A DNA stretch of 63,857 nucleotides, counting the filler, from Octopus bimaculoides (lineage: Eukaryota): NCBI RefSeq assembly GCF_001194135.2. It is 7 parts of 7 records of this genome, joined end to end, with 100 filler letters (N's around TTAATTAATTAA, not from the genome) between each part and the next. Parts side by side here need not be neighbours in the genome. Positions count along the whole stretch, not along the records: positions 61,589 to 63,857 come from NW_026295916.1; 6 more parts are not named here. One strand, 5' to 3'. Each line of letters starts with the position of its first letter. The stretch's first letter is position 1. The notes under the pieces were generated by a model that had not been told where the DNA came from, ran no database searches, and worked only from the letters and a program-made list of their open reading frames with translations. This document shows positions 63,167 through 63,857 of the stretch, piece by piece. The position numbers and the translations under genes are program-made.

Positions 63167-63378
63167 CTGTCCGGCATTCGCCATGATGGATCGCTGACCA
63201 CTACATATATTTGTTTTCTCTCCTTGTTTCTTTCTGTGTTCCCTTCTGTTGAAGAGCGTAGGCTCGAAACCTTAAAGACTTTCTCTATTCCCGAGCGTTA
63301 TACTAATACATCCATTTGTTGTTTACACCACCTGTCTTCGTCTGTTGTTTTTTCGTGAATTCTCCCCTATATATATAT
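63167..63378 (+). mobile_element. Family G terminal repeat, copy 3 (hammerhead-like fold 63243-63277), ends in (TA)n
   Basis: CTGTTGA-a-gagc(gtag)gctc-GAAA-cc-TT-aaag; ends ttctcccctatatatata. Confidence 0.8.
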
Positions 63379-63379
63379 G

Positions 63380-63525
63380 ATGAGCTTCTTTCAGTTTCCG
63401 TCTACCTAATCCATTCACAAGGCTTTGGTCGGCCTGAGGCAGTTGCAAATGGTACCATGCAGTGGGACTGAACCCGGAACCATGTTGTTGGTAAGCAACC
63501 TTCTTACCACACAGCCTCTCCTGCA
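63380..63525 (-). mobile_element. SINE family C, 5' half
   Basis: Matches the reverse-strand head at 47805-47960. Confidence 0.8.
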
Positions 63526-63743
63526 CAAGTACATATAGATATAGATATATTTATATATATACATATATATGTGTGTGTGTGCGCGCGTGTGACCGGAAGC
63601 AATAAATTACATGTCGCATCTTTAGCTGAATCAGCACAGGAAATATATATATATATAATCATAAATCTATAGGGATTAGCAGAAAACCTGCTTCTCCAAC
63701 ATACTGAGAAATTCAGAAACAGCAGCCAAAGAACCACTGATTC

Positions 63744-63857
63744 TAAAAAACTACAAAGTTTTCTCTAATTGATAGCGATATTCATGGCACACATGTCTTT
63801 GGTTCTGTGTGTGCCATGAATATCGCTATCAATTAGAGAAAACTTTGTAGTTTTTTA
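63744..63857. repeat. Perfect inverted repeat, 50-bp arms with a 14-nt spacer, truncated by the window end
   Basis: 63744-63793 is the exact reverse complement of 63808-63857. Confidence 0.95.

Noticed and set aside
42-63737. YI-, THT-, LSL-, VC- and X-rich ORFs in the track
   Set aside because: Translations of di- and tetranucleotide repeats and N gaps.

Overview
Eukaryotic, AT-rich, gap-ridden draft-assembly scaffold (many N runs, mostly bordered by (TA)n; six 100-bp gaps carry an artificial TTAATTAATTAA six-frame-stop linker). The repeat families and microsatellite load resemble an octopus (coleoid cephalopod) genome; this is inference, not a database result. There is no complete protein-coding gene, and almost all ORF-track entries are microsatellite or N artefacts. 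The window is a patchwork of tRNA-headed SINE families (my labels A-D, F, plus a repeat H), Tc1/mariner transposons (a full-length dead Hsmar1-like mariner, a deleted DD37D/maT element, a fold-back MITE), a Penelope-like RT fragment, an RTE-like LINE 3' end and a 26-bp minisatellite. Most interesting: (1) a Penelope/hammerhead ensemble, with three copies of a terminal repeat carrying a minimal hammerhead-like fold with a non-canonical core, plus a tRNA-headed SINE that also carries a hammerhead; (2) a 593-bp fold-back transposon with a perfect (AACCCT)5(AGGGTT)5 telomeric palindrome near its centre; (3) a phase-consistent chain of small exons at 34.2-36.4 kb that would encode a hydrophobic GPI/tail-anchor-like C-terminus; (4) a perfect 50-bp-arm hairpin at the window end.
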